Positions 1 through 12,420 of a stretch of DNA of 64,000 nucleotides are shown here, piece by piece. The stretch spans positions 5,270,001 through 5,334,000 of the forward strand of contig JBHGNT010000008.1 of the NCBI GenBank assembly GCA_043228905.1. The letters are read 5' to 3'. The notes below the pieces were generated by a model that saw nothing but the letters and a program-made list of their open reading frames with translations, did not search any database and was not told the origin of the DNA. Source of the stretch: Azolla caroliniana (lineage: Eukaryota; Plantae; Polypodiophyta). The translations under genes and the position numbers were made by a program. Numbering within the stretch: position 1 is the first letter of the stretch; the number at the start of each line of letters is the position of its first letter.

Positions 1-510
1 TCAATCAATGTTTCTCCTAGAAGAAAACCACTCGGGTGCGTCGACAAAGAGACATGTCGGTGGCTGACTACACCTCTAAGATCGAGGAGATCTGTGACTC
101 CCTCGCCTCCATCAACGTGAATGTTGAGGAGGACAAAATGATGCAGGTTTGCCTCGGAGGGTTGACGTCGAAGTTTGGAGCATTCCAAATGGCAGTCTGC
201 ACGAGGGAGAATATGCCTTCGTTATTCGAGCTTCAATCGATGTTTCTCCTAGAAGAAAACCACTCGGGTGCGTCGACAAAGAGACATGTTGGTGGCTGAC
301 TACACCTCTAAGATCGAGGAGATCTGTGACTCCCTCGCCTCCATCAACGTGAATGTTGAGGAGGACAAAATGATGCAGGTTTGCCTCGGAGGGTTGACGT
401 CGAAGTTTGGAGCATTCCAAATGGCAGTCTGCACGAGGGAGAATATGCCTTCGTTTTTCGAGCTTCAATCAATGTTTCTCCTAGAAGAAAACCACTCGGG
501 TGCGTCGACA
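1..510 (+). repeat. 232-bp tandem duplication inside copia gag (at least 2.2 copies)
   Basis: TCAATC(A/G)ATGTTTCTCCTAGAAG recurs at 1, 233 and 465. ORFs 36-299 and 268-768 begin with near-identical peptides. Confidence 0.95.
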
Positions 511-3500
511 AGTACGCACATCGACAACAAGATGTTATACATGGAGGCAAATCGGCCCTGTGGTCGTGGTGGACGAGGGGGGTCAGCCGTAATGGAAGCG
601 GTTGACAAGAGCAGAACTCAAGGCATAATCGAAATGTCGACAACAACCGGACCCTCCACGAGCAGGGGGAGCCAAGGTGGCGCCGGAGATTGGCAAGGAA
701 AGGTCGTGTCAGACTGTTGGTACTATGGATGGAAGGGCCACAGAGACAGCGAGTGCTGGAAAAAATGAGTCGATTCGGACAAGGCTGGATCGAGTTGAGG
801 AGACGCGGATTGCGCCAGAGATCACACTACGTCGAAGGCTCGGGACGAGCCGAAATGGGTCTGGCCTTCGTAATAAAGCAAAAAGCCAACTTGATGGCGG
901 TGAACACCTCAAGGTCAAATGAGGTGTGGTACGTGGATTGGCGCATTGAACCACATGACAAATCACAAGGAGTGATTCTCAACTTTGGAAAAGCCGGAGT
1001 AGTTGGGGGTCGTCGAAACTGGCAATGACACCCGTCACCCCATTGAACGCATTTGAGATGTCCTTCTCAGCCATGTCGGTCAGAAGGGAATCATGAGAAA
1101 TGTCTTGCATGTGCCGACAATCACCAAGAACTTGGTGTCGGTCAGACAAATTGTTGACTAGGGCATGCAAGTTCGATTTACTCATCTCAGGTGCTTCATC
1201 GAAGAAGAAGGCAAGATCATCACGCAAGGGTGCCGAGGAGGGAGGATGTTCATTTTCAAAACAAACAACGTCGGCACCCCTATGTTCACCAAGGGGTAAA
1301 AAGTCGAATAAGACATCGACTTGTGGCACAAGTAGTTTGGCCACGTCAACTTCTTGCGGCTTTGGGAGATGCAAACAAAAAACATCGTTTTCGGCTTGTC
1401 GAAATTTAGTGGCCAAAAGGGTCAAGTCTGCAAAGCCTACTAGTTGGGGAAGCATCATTGACTTCCGATCCCAAGTGAAAGAAATTGGAGCTGAAACAAG
1501 CTCGATTTGATTCACTTGGATGTATGGGGACCGGCATAGAAGGTGGCTGATATTTCGCGACCTTCATTGATGACCTCACTCGGCATACTTGGGCATGCCT
1601 AATCAAGAAGAAGAGTGAAGTCTTCTCCCGCTTCTTAAAGGTGAAGAGCCTTGCCGAACGGGAGACTGGCCGAAAGATCAAGTGCCTCACGCCCGATGGT
1701 GAAAAGGAGTATTTTTCCGATCTGATCCCAAGTTATCTGTAAAAGGAAGGAATTTGATGTGAATTCTCCTAAAGATACATGCCGCAAAAGAACGACGTGG
1801 TCGAGAGGAAGAATCAGACGATTGAAGAAGCGGCCAGGGCAATGCTCGAAGAGAAGCATATGCCGAAATTTTACTAGGCCGAAGCCATCAGGACGGCGAC
1901 CTGCAGAATTGGACTTCTGCAAATGGAGGAGTGTCGCCACACGAGCTGTACTTTGGAAAGAAGCCGAATTTTGCACACTTGAGGATATTTGGTAGCATTG
2001 CATATGTGCATGTATTGAAGGAGAAGCGGAGGAAGCTAGAAGTGAAAGCCGAGAAGTGCATTCTCGTCAGCTACTCGGATGAGCAAAAGGGTTATATGTG
2101 TTATAACCCCCGAATGAAAGAGGTGCGAGTAAGCCGAGATGTCGTTTTCGACAAGTCGGCTTCGTGGTATTTGCCTTCACCTCCAATACCCATCTGTTCC
2201 ATTCTGAATTCTCAAGATGAGGCCAAAGAGGCCGATATTCACCTTGAGGAAGAGGAAATCGGAAGTGGGCCGAACGAGCGAATGAGTCGAATGAACCAAT
2301 CAGATGAAGACTCGGCCAGTAGTGGAGACTCGGTCGTGCAGTCCCCGCGCCAGAAATCGAGGAGACGGTTTACATGCAAGGAGAAGGGGAAGATGAGGAT
2401 GCCGGAATATGGTAGTGAGGTTGACACATCGGATCAAAGCGAATTTGATGTGGCCAGGAGCAAAGAGGGAGCTCCGAATATGAGGTCGAAGTCGGCTAAG
2501 AGGGCCATGAAATCGGCGAACCAGAAGTTACGTCGATCCACCCGCAAGACAAATCTCGTAATTTGGTACGGGTATAATGACTATATGGTGCATCATTATG
2601 CATATATGGCGAAGGTGGAAAATGTGTGTGAGCTGAAGAGTTACGTAGAAGTGGCAAAGGACACAAATTGGCATGCCATGATGGACGAAGAGATGCGTGT
2701 GCTAACGGAGAACGAGACTTGGGACCTAGTTGACACCCCCAAGGGTGTGAAGCCAATCGGATGCTGGTGGGTGTACAAGGTCAAGTACAACGCCGACAGC
2801 TCAGTCAACCGATATAAGGCCTGATAAATGGTGAAGGGCTACACACAAAAACATGGCATCGATTACGATGAGACCTTCATGCCAGTCGCGAAGATGACAA
2901 CTGTCCGTGTATTGCTAGCGATAACAGTGGCGAAGGGGTGGCACTTACATCAGATGGATGTAAAGAACATGTTCCTGCAAGGCGATCTTGAGGAACAAAT
3001 GTACATGGTACAACCCCCCGAATTTCTATCCGAATGAAACACCTTGGCAGTTTGCCGATTAAAGAAGTTGTTGTATGGACTTAAGCAAGCCCCGCGTGCC
3101 TGGAACGCGAAAATCACGCAAAGATTGCGTAAGATGGGGTTTGCTCCATCTAAATCGGACTCTTCATTGTTCATTCGGCTGAGTTGGACCAGACTGATCA
3201 ACATTTTGTTATATGTTGATGATTTAGTCATCGTCGATGCCGACCTTGGAGAAATCAGCCAAGTAAAGTCTCAGTTTGCGGCATCATTCGAAGAGAAGGA
3301 TCTGGGGGAACTTCATTACTTCCTCGGGATCGATGTGATCTGAGCCCCCGAAGGCATATTAATAAGCCAATGCCATTATGTGCTGAATATGCTCTTCAAG
3401 TTCAGGATGACGGATTGTAAATCCATCTCAACCCCTTTGGACAGAAATGTGAAGCTTCGCCGAGATTCGGGAAAGACGTGCGATCCGACACGATTCCAAC

Positions 3501-4180
3501 AAATTGTTGGAAGTCTCATTTACTTGATGATCACTCAGCCAGATCTTAGCTACGCGGTCAGCTTGATCAGTCAATTCATGTCGCATCCAAAGGCCAAACA
3601 CCTTCAGTGCACGCAAAGGATATTGCGATATGTCCGTGGCACTATGGATAGGGCGTTGCTGTATTGGGCAGGAGTAACCCAAGAGTTAATCGGCTACACG
3701 GATGCCAATTGGGCCGGAAATGCCGACGATCGCAGGTCAACATCTAGATTCTTGTTTTCTTTGGGAAGCGTTGCGATCGCTTGAAGTAGTAAAAAGTAGA
3801 AGATAGTGGCACTGTCGAGCACTGATGCCGAGTATCAAGGGACTACTCTCGCTACGTGTGAAGCCATTTGGCTCAAAATGCTATTAAAGGATCTGCATGT
3901 AGAGGTGTCTGAGCCAACAGTCATATACTGCAACAACCTTAGCAGCATCCAGTTATTGAAGAACCCCGTCTTCCATGCTCGGACAAAGCACATCGAGGTG
4001 TACTATCACTTCGTCCGCGAGCGAGTCCTTTAGTGAAGTCGAATTTATTTATGTTCCAACCGATTGGTAGGTTGCCGATATCTTCACTAAACCTCTTGGC
4101 CTAGACAAGTTGCGGCAATTCTCGGGCATGCTTAGCATACAACACCTCGATATGCCGAACTTGAAGGGGAGGAGTGAAGT
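36..4180 (+). pseudogene. copia gag-pol, fragmented by stops and frameshifts
   Basis: ORF fragments 268-768, 1931-2824, 2828-3037, 3044-3343, 3380-3784 and 3806-4033 are consecutive pieces of gag/INT/RT/RH. Confidence 0.92.
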
Positions 4181-4846
4181 CGAGGAAGAGAGAAAAAAAG
4201 TCCGAAATGTTGAATCGGATGAAGAATTTGATTTCGGCACGATTGAAGAAGTCGAAACGTTTGGAGCGGCTAGAGAAGCCGAGGACATGTGGAAGGAGAT
4301 TAGCTACACAAAGACTAGCCACATGTAGGGGGAGCGGCTAAACGGGAGAGGCAAAGACAGAGCCAACCGAACTAAGGGGAGGTGAAGCTAAGAAGGGTAA
4401 GAAAGATGACAGAGTTGAAAAGGACAGAGCCACCGAGTGATGGCCAAGACCAAGTCATGGGCAGATGTGGTCAACGGCCTGAAGGAGGATGAATTGGAGA
4501 CAACCGATTCGGTCAAGAGTTGAAGTGAATCAGAAGCCAATTCAATCAAAATGTTCGATTAAGAGGAGCCGAATGAATTGGCTAAGCGGAAAGGAGGCAT
4601 TCGAAGCCAACACTAACACAAAAGAGTCGACAGGTTGAGGGGTGCTAATACTGCGATAGCAAGGGAGCTGACAAGGGCCAGGGAAGTAGACAAGCCAACT
4701 GTAAGGTTCGAGGTGCATAGAGAGGTGCATAGAGCCGGACTGGAAAAGGAGCGCAAGTGAGGCGTCGAGACACCAGGAGAGGAGGTTGGCGTGACGAACC
4801 AGTCAGAGCTGACACGGTGGGACCTCAAGTTGATCTTGAGGGGGAC

Positions 4847-5251
4847 TGTTGAGAGACAAGCTGAGGGCCGAATTGAATAGAGTTCGATTCGGGTGTGCCG
4901 AGTCGGAAGGATTCTGAAAGGCCGTTGAGGGCCTATATTCCTATTATAGTAAATAGGAATATTGTAGGTAGAATTATTGTCGGCCTTTAGGCTCATTTAT
5001 GAGCATTCAAGTACTGATGGTACTTGTGTCAGCCCACTCGTAAGGGCTTGTATAAAAAGTGCTCACTAAGCACAGTGTATGTATAGAGTGTTCATTATTC
5101 GAAATATAGTGTTGTTGTTTGATCTCTGTGGGTGTCTCTCTCTCACCATTCTCTGTGTATACCTAACTGTCAAGTTTCCGAAACCAACTGTGTACTAGGT
5201 GTCTATCGCACACACTTCCACACACGTATTCTTTTACAGTTATACTTAACA
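4847..5251 (+). repeat. 3' LTR of copia A
   Basis: Runs TGTTGAG...TTAACA directly after the PPT, with TATA-like TATAAAAA near 5051. Similar to the LTR at ~47458-47838. Confidence 0.8.
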
Positions 5252-5364
5252 ATCAATGTTGAAGGATATGGCCTACAATACGTATGCGGAAGATGTGAGG
5301 ACCTGTTGGTTATGTGCACAACAAACAACACAAAGAGTATGACAGAAGGAGTAGATGGAAACGT

Positions 5365-6060
5365 TGTCGTGCCTTTCGGCGCTGGATCGTTTGCGTGAGT
5401 TGGGTGGGAACCATTGGGGTTTTGGAATAGGAGAAAGAAGAATATGAGATAATGTTAGTTAGGAAGAGATTGTAAGAAGAAGATATGAAACTCGTGAATC
5501 CCACGAGTATAATGTTTTAATGGGTAATTAGATTGTAAGAGAGAATTAGATGGTAAAATCGTGAATCCCACGAATATTTTGTATTAATCAATCCTTCTAA
5601 AAAAAATCAACAACCCTATACATCTTTCTCTCTTCCTTATATAGTGTTGGAAGAGTCTAAGTTTATCACATGCAAGCATCATGCTTTTCCTAACTTTAGT
5701 TTTCATGCACACTGCATGTGCATGATTAGCTTTACTTTAGTTTTCATGCACACTACATGTGCATGATTAGCTTTCTATCCCATCTTTTCTTTTAACTCGA
5801 GTGTGTATGCATGAATAACTTTTTGTACCATGCATATCTAGAATATTTACATGCAATAAAGTTTAGTATAACTTTAAAATTCATAGTATGGTAGTATAGT
5901 GGTAAGGTTGGGGATTGTTTACGTGGAGGTACAAGGTTCGAATCTTGCCCTAAGCATGTAATAAATATTTTTAATATTTTATTTATTATTTATTATACGT
6001 ACTCTAAATCAGATATAGTGTTTTACATATTTCACGTAGTGTGTGATTCACACTACGACA
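5365..6060 (-). repeat. 3' LTR of element B
   Basis: Near-identical to 11725-12420. Confidence 0.96.
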
Positions 6061-6116
6061 CTCGCCCCCTCCGAACCCGCACATCCTCCGGTATGTGCCG
6101 AAGTCCCCGATGCTTG

Positions 6117-9100
6117 CTATTCACCTTCATCCGAAGCTTCCTCCGATTCTCCCCTTAAGTCAACTATGAGTTGTAATCCACTTTCTTCGCTTTCCGCATC
6201 ACCGCGATCTTCGTCCAATTGCTCCTCCTTGTCAGACTTATCTAGGATCACATAGGGTTCTTCATTAGTCCACTTTTTGAAAATCTTCACCCGTTTCCCG
6301 GCTATAGGCACTCGTAGTATCGTTCCATCCAACTCGCATAGTCGGTAAGTTCCGTTGTCGAAAACTTTCTGAACCTTGTATGGCCCGAACCACCTTTTCG
6401 CGAACTTCCCCATCGTTGTATGTTGATGATCCAAACTACTATCGTAGACAATCACCCAATCTCCTTCTTCAATCTTCCGCAGTCGTAGTCGATGCTTTGT
6501 GTCGAACCGGCTTTTATTCCAGAATCGCGCTTCTTGTTGTCGGCGCATTGCTTCCTCTATGTCTTTTGGTCTTCCCTCTAGTTGTCGTATCCGGACTGCT
6601 AGTAGTTCTTCCCGGCTCATCTATTCCTTCCACGGTAGCATTGTCCATGTTGCAATCGTGGTTTTCGTTGGCATTACCAGTGCTTGTCCGGTCATGAGTT
6701 CTGTTGGCATGTAACCGGTTACGGAGCTATGCGTCGTCCGATCCGCCCATAGTGCATACAAGAGCATCTACGGCCAATCCTTCACCCTTCCATCGCATGC
6801 TTTGGCAAGTGCTTTGACAATCGGACTATGTCCTCGTTCGATTTTCCCGTTGGCCTCCGGATTGTATGCCGTTTTGTTAGTGTTAACCGAACTCCATGTT
6901 TGGTGAAGAATTCCTTAGCTTTATCAGAGTCGAGTTCTCCCCGATCCGCAATCACTTGTCCTACGCACCCGTACCTGCAAAACACCTCCTCCAAAAGAAA
7001 TTAGCATACCGTAGAACACGTTTTCCTTCGTAGCGCCCGACCTTCTACTTGGTTTGTGAGATCTTCCCGAGCTAACACCAAGTACTTCTTTTGTCCGATC
7101 CCGGTTGGCATGGCTACAATATCGACCATCCACTTGAAGTTGATTGTCGGTGAGAATGTCGGATGTAACTCATCTCGATGTCGAACTCCGGAGTAGATTT
7201 GACACTTCTCGTAGCTTTCCGGGAACTCCACTATATCTTTGTACATGTTCTTCCACCAATATTTTTGTTTGATTTTTACAAAAGTTGCCCATGTTCCTCG
7301 ATGTCCAGCCCAATCGGATTCATGAAACTCGGACATTATCTAGTTTCGTTGCTCTTTTGTCCCAACTACTCGAAGTGGTATGCCATCTGGTCTTTTCGGC
7401 TCCCTCCATATTAATCCATTTTTCAAGAAGAACTTTCGGACTTGCCACTTCTTACTTCGGATCTCGGCTCTCTTCTCTTTATTGTCTGATGATTCCTCGA
7501 TTTCTTGTAGCACTTTACCGATCAACAAGCTTTCTCCCTCGTATTCTTCTTCCCGGAATTCTCGGATTATGTTCACCCGGCATATGTGCTCCGAAGCAAA
7601 GTAGTCTTCGGAAATTTCTTCATTATCAGATTCGGTTATGTTGTCTCTGAACTGCGCCCTTGATAGCATATCCGCTACCGCGTTGTCTTTTCTGGAGATG
7701 TGTCGTACCTCCGGATTAAGTGACTTAACATATGCAATCCACCTTAGCATAGCCACATCTAGTATCGTGCAACACCGCATCATCCCGAGTATCAGAAGAC
7801 AATCCATTTCGATCACTACTTCGGCTCCAATCAAATAATCTCGATCCGATTTGATTGCCGACACGACTCCCCATAATTCTCTTTTGACTTGTGCATATCC
7901 GCGTTGCCTTTAGTTGAGAACCTTTGCTCTGAATCGGATTGGATATCATGAACCATCCGAGTCGGCTTGATTGATGACCCATCTGATTCTGGTTGGACTT
8001 GTGTCAACCGTTACTATAACCGGTCGGTCATAGTTCGGCTTCTTTAGTGCTTTTGGTCTCCGTAGTGATTTCTTGAGCTTCTTCACAGCTTTGGTATGCT
8101 CCGGTTTCCATTCGAACTTCTTCCCCTTCCGCAACAAGTGATAGAGTGGGTCCACAATATGTGCATAGTGCGGAATCCATATGTGATAGAATGCACACAC
8201 TCCAAGAAACCTTCGGACTTCGGATTGTGACTCGCACACTTCTCTCATAGCTTGAATTGCATCGATCTTGGTTGGTGATGGTCTTCAGCCGTAGGGCCCA
8301 CATAGATGTCCAACTACCAATATTTCTTCTTGCCCGAATGCCGATTTCTCACTGGAAAGTGTTAGGTGCACATCTTCTAACTTTCGAAGCACTTTCTCGC
8401 AATCACGAATATGGTCGACTACGAACTTTCGGCATCCCCGATCATCCATAGTTTCCTCTTTTTTTTCTACCGCGCATCCTTTCATCGGAATGTCATCTAG
8501 GAACAACATCGTTATCTTCGGAATGTAGTCTCGAAGCACCTTGTTCATTGCATTCATCATATGTGCGACCGAGTTTGTCGCTCTTTGTGGTAGTGTGCAC
8601 ATTCGAACTAATCCTATCGGTGTTCGCATGGTAATGATGTCTCGGCTCTCCACAACTAGTTGGAATTGGTCATACCCCGAGTATAGGTCTCCGATGGAGT
8701 ATATCGCACGACTGGTAAATGCTTCCGCAAATTCGTCCACTATCGGACCGACTCCGGAGTTCCGGATTGTGACCTTGTTCACCGGTTGCAAGTCTTGGAT
8801 AAATCGGAGTGACCCATTCTTCTTCGGAACCGTAAACCATCGATTTGAGTATGGAGCGTTTGATGGCTCTAGAATCCCCATCGCCACTTTCTCCTTGAGC
8901 AAGTCGATGATTTTGGGAATATGCGCCCGCGGCATCGGAATCAGCTTCAAGTTCCATGGCACATGGTCAATCATGAAGATCACCATCAGCTCCACTATCT
9001 TTGGATCAACGCACCCAATCTCTTTCGATGCAAATGCAAATGCTCTTCCATGTTGCTCCAGCATCTCACGGAATCGTTTTTCTTCATTCTTTAAGAGGAA

Positions 9101-9661
9101 CCCACCTCCACTGATCCAAAGTTTCTTCCGGGTCTCATCCGTGAAGGTATGTCCGATATCCACGGACTTTTGAAGTGTTAGATCTCCCGAGACTTCTTTC
9201 CTCTTTTGTTCGCTATCGGCGGGTAGCCGTCCCGCAGCCGGTTTCACTTTCTTCTCCACGGTCTTGTATTTCGTACTTACCATTGCTTCTTCTTTGAGGA
9301 GCACATCCGGCCCCATTTTTGCAATGATCTCGTACATCTCGACTGATTCCACCGGAATTACCCGGTCTCCTTGGCTATTTTCTTTCGCAAGCTCTTCAAG
9401 CTGTTGTAACATGCTCCCATAGAACACTTCTTCGACTACCCCCACGATTTCTTCATCTTCTTTTATTATTAATGCCGACCGTAACTTATCCTCTACCTTT
9501 CGGTATTCTTTCTTCATTCCTCCGGTTATGGCCATGTACGTAGATGCCCCATCCTGACCGATTCGTACTTGTTTTGCTCCGAGAATTTTCTTCCTGTGTG
9601 GGGTATCAGGGCTTCTCAGACTATCACTTCCCCACTCCACAATAGCCTGCTCTAAAAATCC
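6117..9661 (-). pseudogene. pol (RT-RNase H-integrase) of element B
   Basis: RT motifs DLYSGYDQF, LPQRATNS, FLDDIP; RH VTVDTS; INT HRGTWATF..YWW..CQ; several frameshifts and stops. Confidence 0.92.
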
Positions 9662-11707
9662 ATCCTTGTTTGGGACAAGAGCTCTCTCTTCTTCCTTTCA
9701 TGATTTGTCGGCACAGTTAGGAATTGGACGGATTTCCCTCCGCTTTGGCTCCGAATTTGTGCGAAAGCCGCACCGCTATCGAGCACCTTTGTCTTCATTC
9801 GTGAAGCCGTGATAAAGGGTTGCCCGAGGATCACGGAATGTGAGACCTCGTCTTGTACGAAGAAATTTTGGTCGATCTCGACATCCCCGATCTTCACCGT
9901 CACATCTGGACAAGCCACAAACAGATCTTCCGTTGCTTTAGTGGCTGCCCAGATCTTCCATCCATGGTTAGTATTTATAGGCCACTTCCCCTTCCGGTAG
10001 AACTACTTGGACATCAAATTGATCTCCGATCCGTGATCAATCAATGCTAGCACGAGCTCTTTGATGTTGCCGATTCAGATCGGAGTCTCCGTAGTTGCAC
10101 GTGACCAGTGTGGCCTTGTGTAGTGGGAGTTCGGTATTTCATCCTCCACTTCGGTGTCATTCATTAAGACGGTATTTGCATTCACCCTTGGAACATTTTC
10201 CTCCGTACTTTGTTTTTTTCTCTTCACGAGATCCACAAGAAGATCGTGGAACTCCTTCTTCGCTATTCCGAGTAATTCCCGAAGTGAAAATTCTACCTGA
10301 CTATCGAGGATTCTCTCCTCAAACACCTTTTTCAAGTTCGTTTGTTGTTCTATGTCCGAGGCGAGCTTGAATGCCGGAATCGTCTTTTCTTTTCCCTTCC
10401 CTCCGGAGTTCTAGCTTTCTGGTGTCTTCGATGGTCCGGCCGCATCATCCGTGCGCCGTCGTTTTTCATCCACATACACTTCATGCAATTGACATAGCGC
10501 ATGTACACTATTCTTATCTACGGGGCACTCCCATCCCGTAGCTTCCTAGATACATTCCGCAGCGCTTCGGATCTCATTGGATTCGGTCTTCTCGGGGTTT
10601 TGTAGCACATCTAGCCAAAAGGAGGCCTTTGCTACAGATGACTCCCCCACACGTATTCCCGTGGTTGTCCCATAATTGTCTTTCGCCACGATCTCCTCCT
10701 CTAGGACCTTCTTCATGCCGCCTTTCCGGAAGTTCGGTCGGAGTGGCTTCCGAGAATCCATCGAATGAATCCGATTTCCCTCGTAGTAGATAAGAACTTG
10801 TTGTAACGCCTCCTTGTGCTCGTCGCAATCTCTCGTTCGATGCTATCGCACCATATGCATCGACGGTTCATGTACTTGGAACTTGTGGGACGGTCTTCCG
10901 ACTTCTTCACCATTGCGATTTTCAGATTCTCATCTCCTTCAACAATTGCTCCACCTTGGTTGCGTTGATTCCCTTCTCGGTCGTAGTCTCTCGAGCCCGC
11001 GGTTGATGGTCTTCCAATCCGGATCTCCGTTTCGGAATACGTTCCGAAACCCTCTTTTCTTCGTTGGCAAGCCATTGCCCCCTCTTTGTGTATCGCGCGA
11101 CGATATCCCGCACGCTTTCCCATGTTTCGATGAGGCCACTCTCGGTAGTCGTGTCCTCTAGAAGCACTCCAAGATCCTTCCGGTCCTTGACGTCTACGGC
11201 TCGTAAGAACATGATAACTTTGTCCGGTGCGAGGATAGCTTGATCACTCGCAGACAACCTCCCGAACCGACTTTTGAATGCTGAAAATACATCGAGGACC
11301 TTCATCCCCTTGTTCAGCGTTTCCACCCAATCCTCAAATCCTCTCTGCATTGCCTTGGAGGAGTCCTCGATAGTGAACGTGGTCTTTAGCGCCTCTTCAA
11401 ACGCTTCCCACGTCGGATTTTGTTGTCGTAGCCTATGGATACTTGCTTGAAGCCCGTCGGTAGCTACCCAATTGAAGGATGTCACTTGCAATCCTTTCGA
11501 AATCCCACACCGTATCATTTCCGCCTTGTAGTCCCAAAGATAGTGTGATACGTCCTTTCCGTTGAATTGCCCGATCCGTTGCACGAGCCGCTCTACTGCC
11601 GCCGCTATCTCTGACATCGCACGTTGTTCTTGAAGCATCCGCTCGAACATCATCATCATGTTGTTAGCCTCTTGTTGATTCTCCATCTCCTTGCCACCCG
11701 TTTTCAC
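9652..11707 (-). pseudogene. gag-protease of element B
   Basis: gag FNGKDVSHYL, zinc knuckle remnant RCIWCDS, aspartic protease LIDHGSEIN near 10020-10050. The frame ends D-F-stop at 9652. Confidence 0.88.
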
Positions 11708-11720
11708 GTTGGGTTCACCA
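11703..11720 (-). promoter_or_regulatory. Primer-binding site complementary to tRNA-Trp 3' end
   Basis: Minus strand TGGTGAACCCAACGTGAA; plant tRNA-Trp ends ...TTCACGTCGGGTTCACCA (one mismatch). Confidence 0.85.
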
Positions 11721-11724
11721 AATG

Positions 11725-12420
11725 TGTCGTGCCTTTCGGCGTTGGATCGTTTGCGTGAGTCGGGTGGGAACCATTGGGGTTTTGGACTAGGAGAAAGAAG
11801 AATATGAGATAATGTTAGTTAGGAAGAGATTGTAAGAAGAAGATATGAAACTCGTGAATCCCACGAGTATAATGTATTAATGGGTAATTAGATTGTAAGA
11901 GAGAATTAGATGGTAAAATCGTGAATCCCACGAATATTTTGTATTAATCAATCCTTCTAAAAAAAATCAACAACCCTATACATCTTTCTCTCTTCCTTAT
12001 ATAGTGTTGGAAGAGTCTAAGTTTATCACATGCAAGCATCATGCTTTTCCTAACTTTAGTTTTCATGCACACTGCATGTGCATGATTAGCTTTACTTTAG
12101 TTTTCATGCACACTACATGTGCATGATTAGCTTTCTATCCCATCTTTTCTTTTAACTCGAGTGTGTATGCATGAATAACTTTTTGTACCATGTATATCTA
12201 GAATATTTACATGGGATAAAGTTTAGTATAATTTTACAATTCATAGTATGGTAGTATAGTGGTAAGGTTGCGGTTTGTTTATGTGGAGGTACAGGGTTCA
12301 AAGCTTGCCCTATGCATGTAATAAATATTTTTAATATTTTATTTATTGTTTATTATACGTACTCTAAATCAGATATAGTGTTTTACATATTTCACGTAGT
12401 GTGTGATTCACACTACGACA
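11725..12420 (-). repeat. 5' LTR of element B
   Basis: Near-identical to 5365-6060 and adjacent to the PBS. Confidence 0.96.

Larger units (their letters stand above)
1..5251 (+). mobile_element. Ty1/copia LTR retrotransposon A (5' end outside the window), degenerate
   Basis: Copia domain order: gag (DYTSKIEEICDSL, CCHC-like CWYYGWKGHRDSEC), protease remnant (WYVD), integrase (SPHELYFGKKP..LRIFGSIAY), RT ([17 protein letters not shown]), RNase H (RTKHIEV). PPT TTGAGGGGGAC is followed by the 3' LTR. Confidence 0.93.
5365..12420 (-). mobile_element. Full-length non-chromoviral Ty3/gypsy element B (Phygy-like by inference)
   Basis: Paired 696-bp LTRs (TGTCGT...ACGACA), 4-bp TSD ACGT (5361-5364 and 12421-12424), tRNA-Trp PBS, PPT complement CTCGCCCCCT at 6061, gag-PR-RT-RH-INT order. 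Confidence 0.96.

Noticed and set aside
4110-4840. Extra (env-like) ORF in the copia A 3' region
   Set aside because: Only short, stop-interrupted acidic frames with no transmembrane or recognisable motif.
5886-5956. Functional tRNA genes in LTRs
   Set aside because: Anticodon arms do not pair and differ between LTR copies, so they are treated as tRNA-derived cassettes rather than tRNA genes.
8541-9173. 210-aa plus-strand ORF and similar antisense ORFs (e.g. 23610-24188, 32099-32704)
   Set aside because: These are shadows on the opposite strand of RT coding sequence with no independent motifs.
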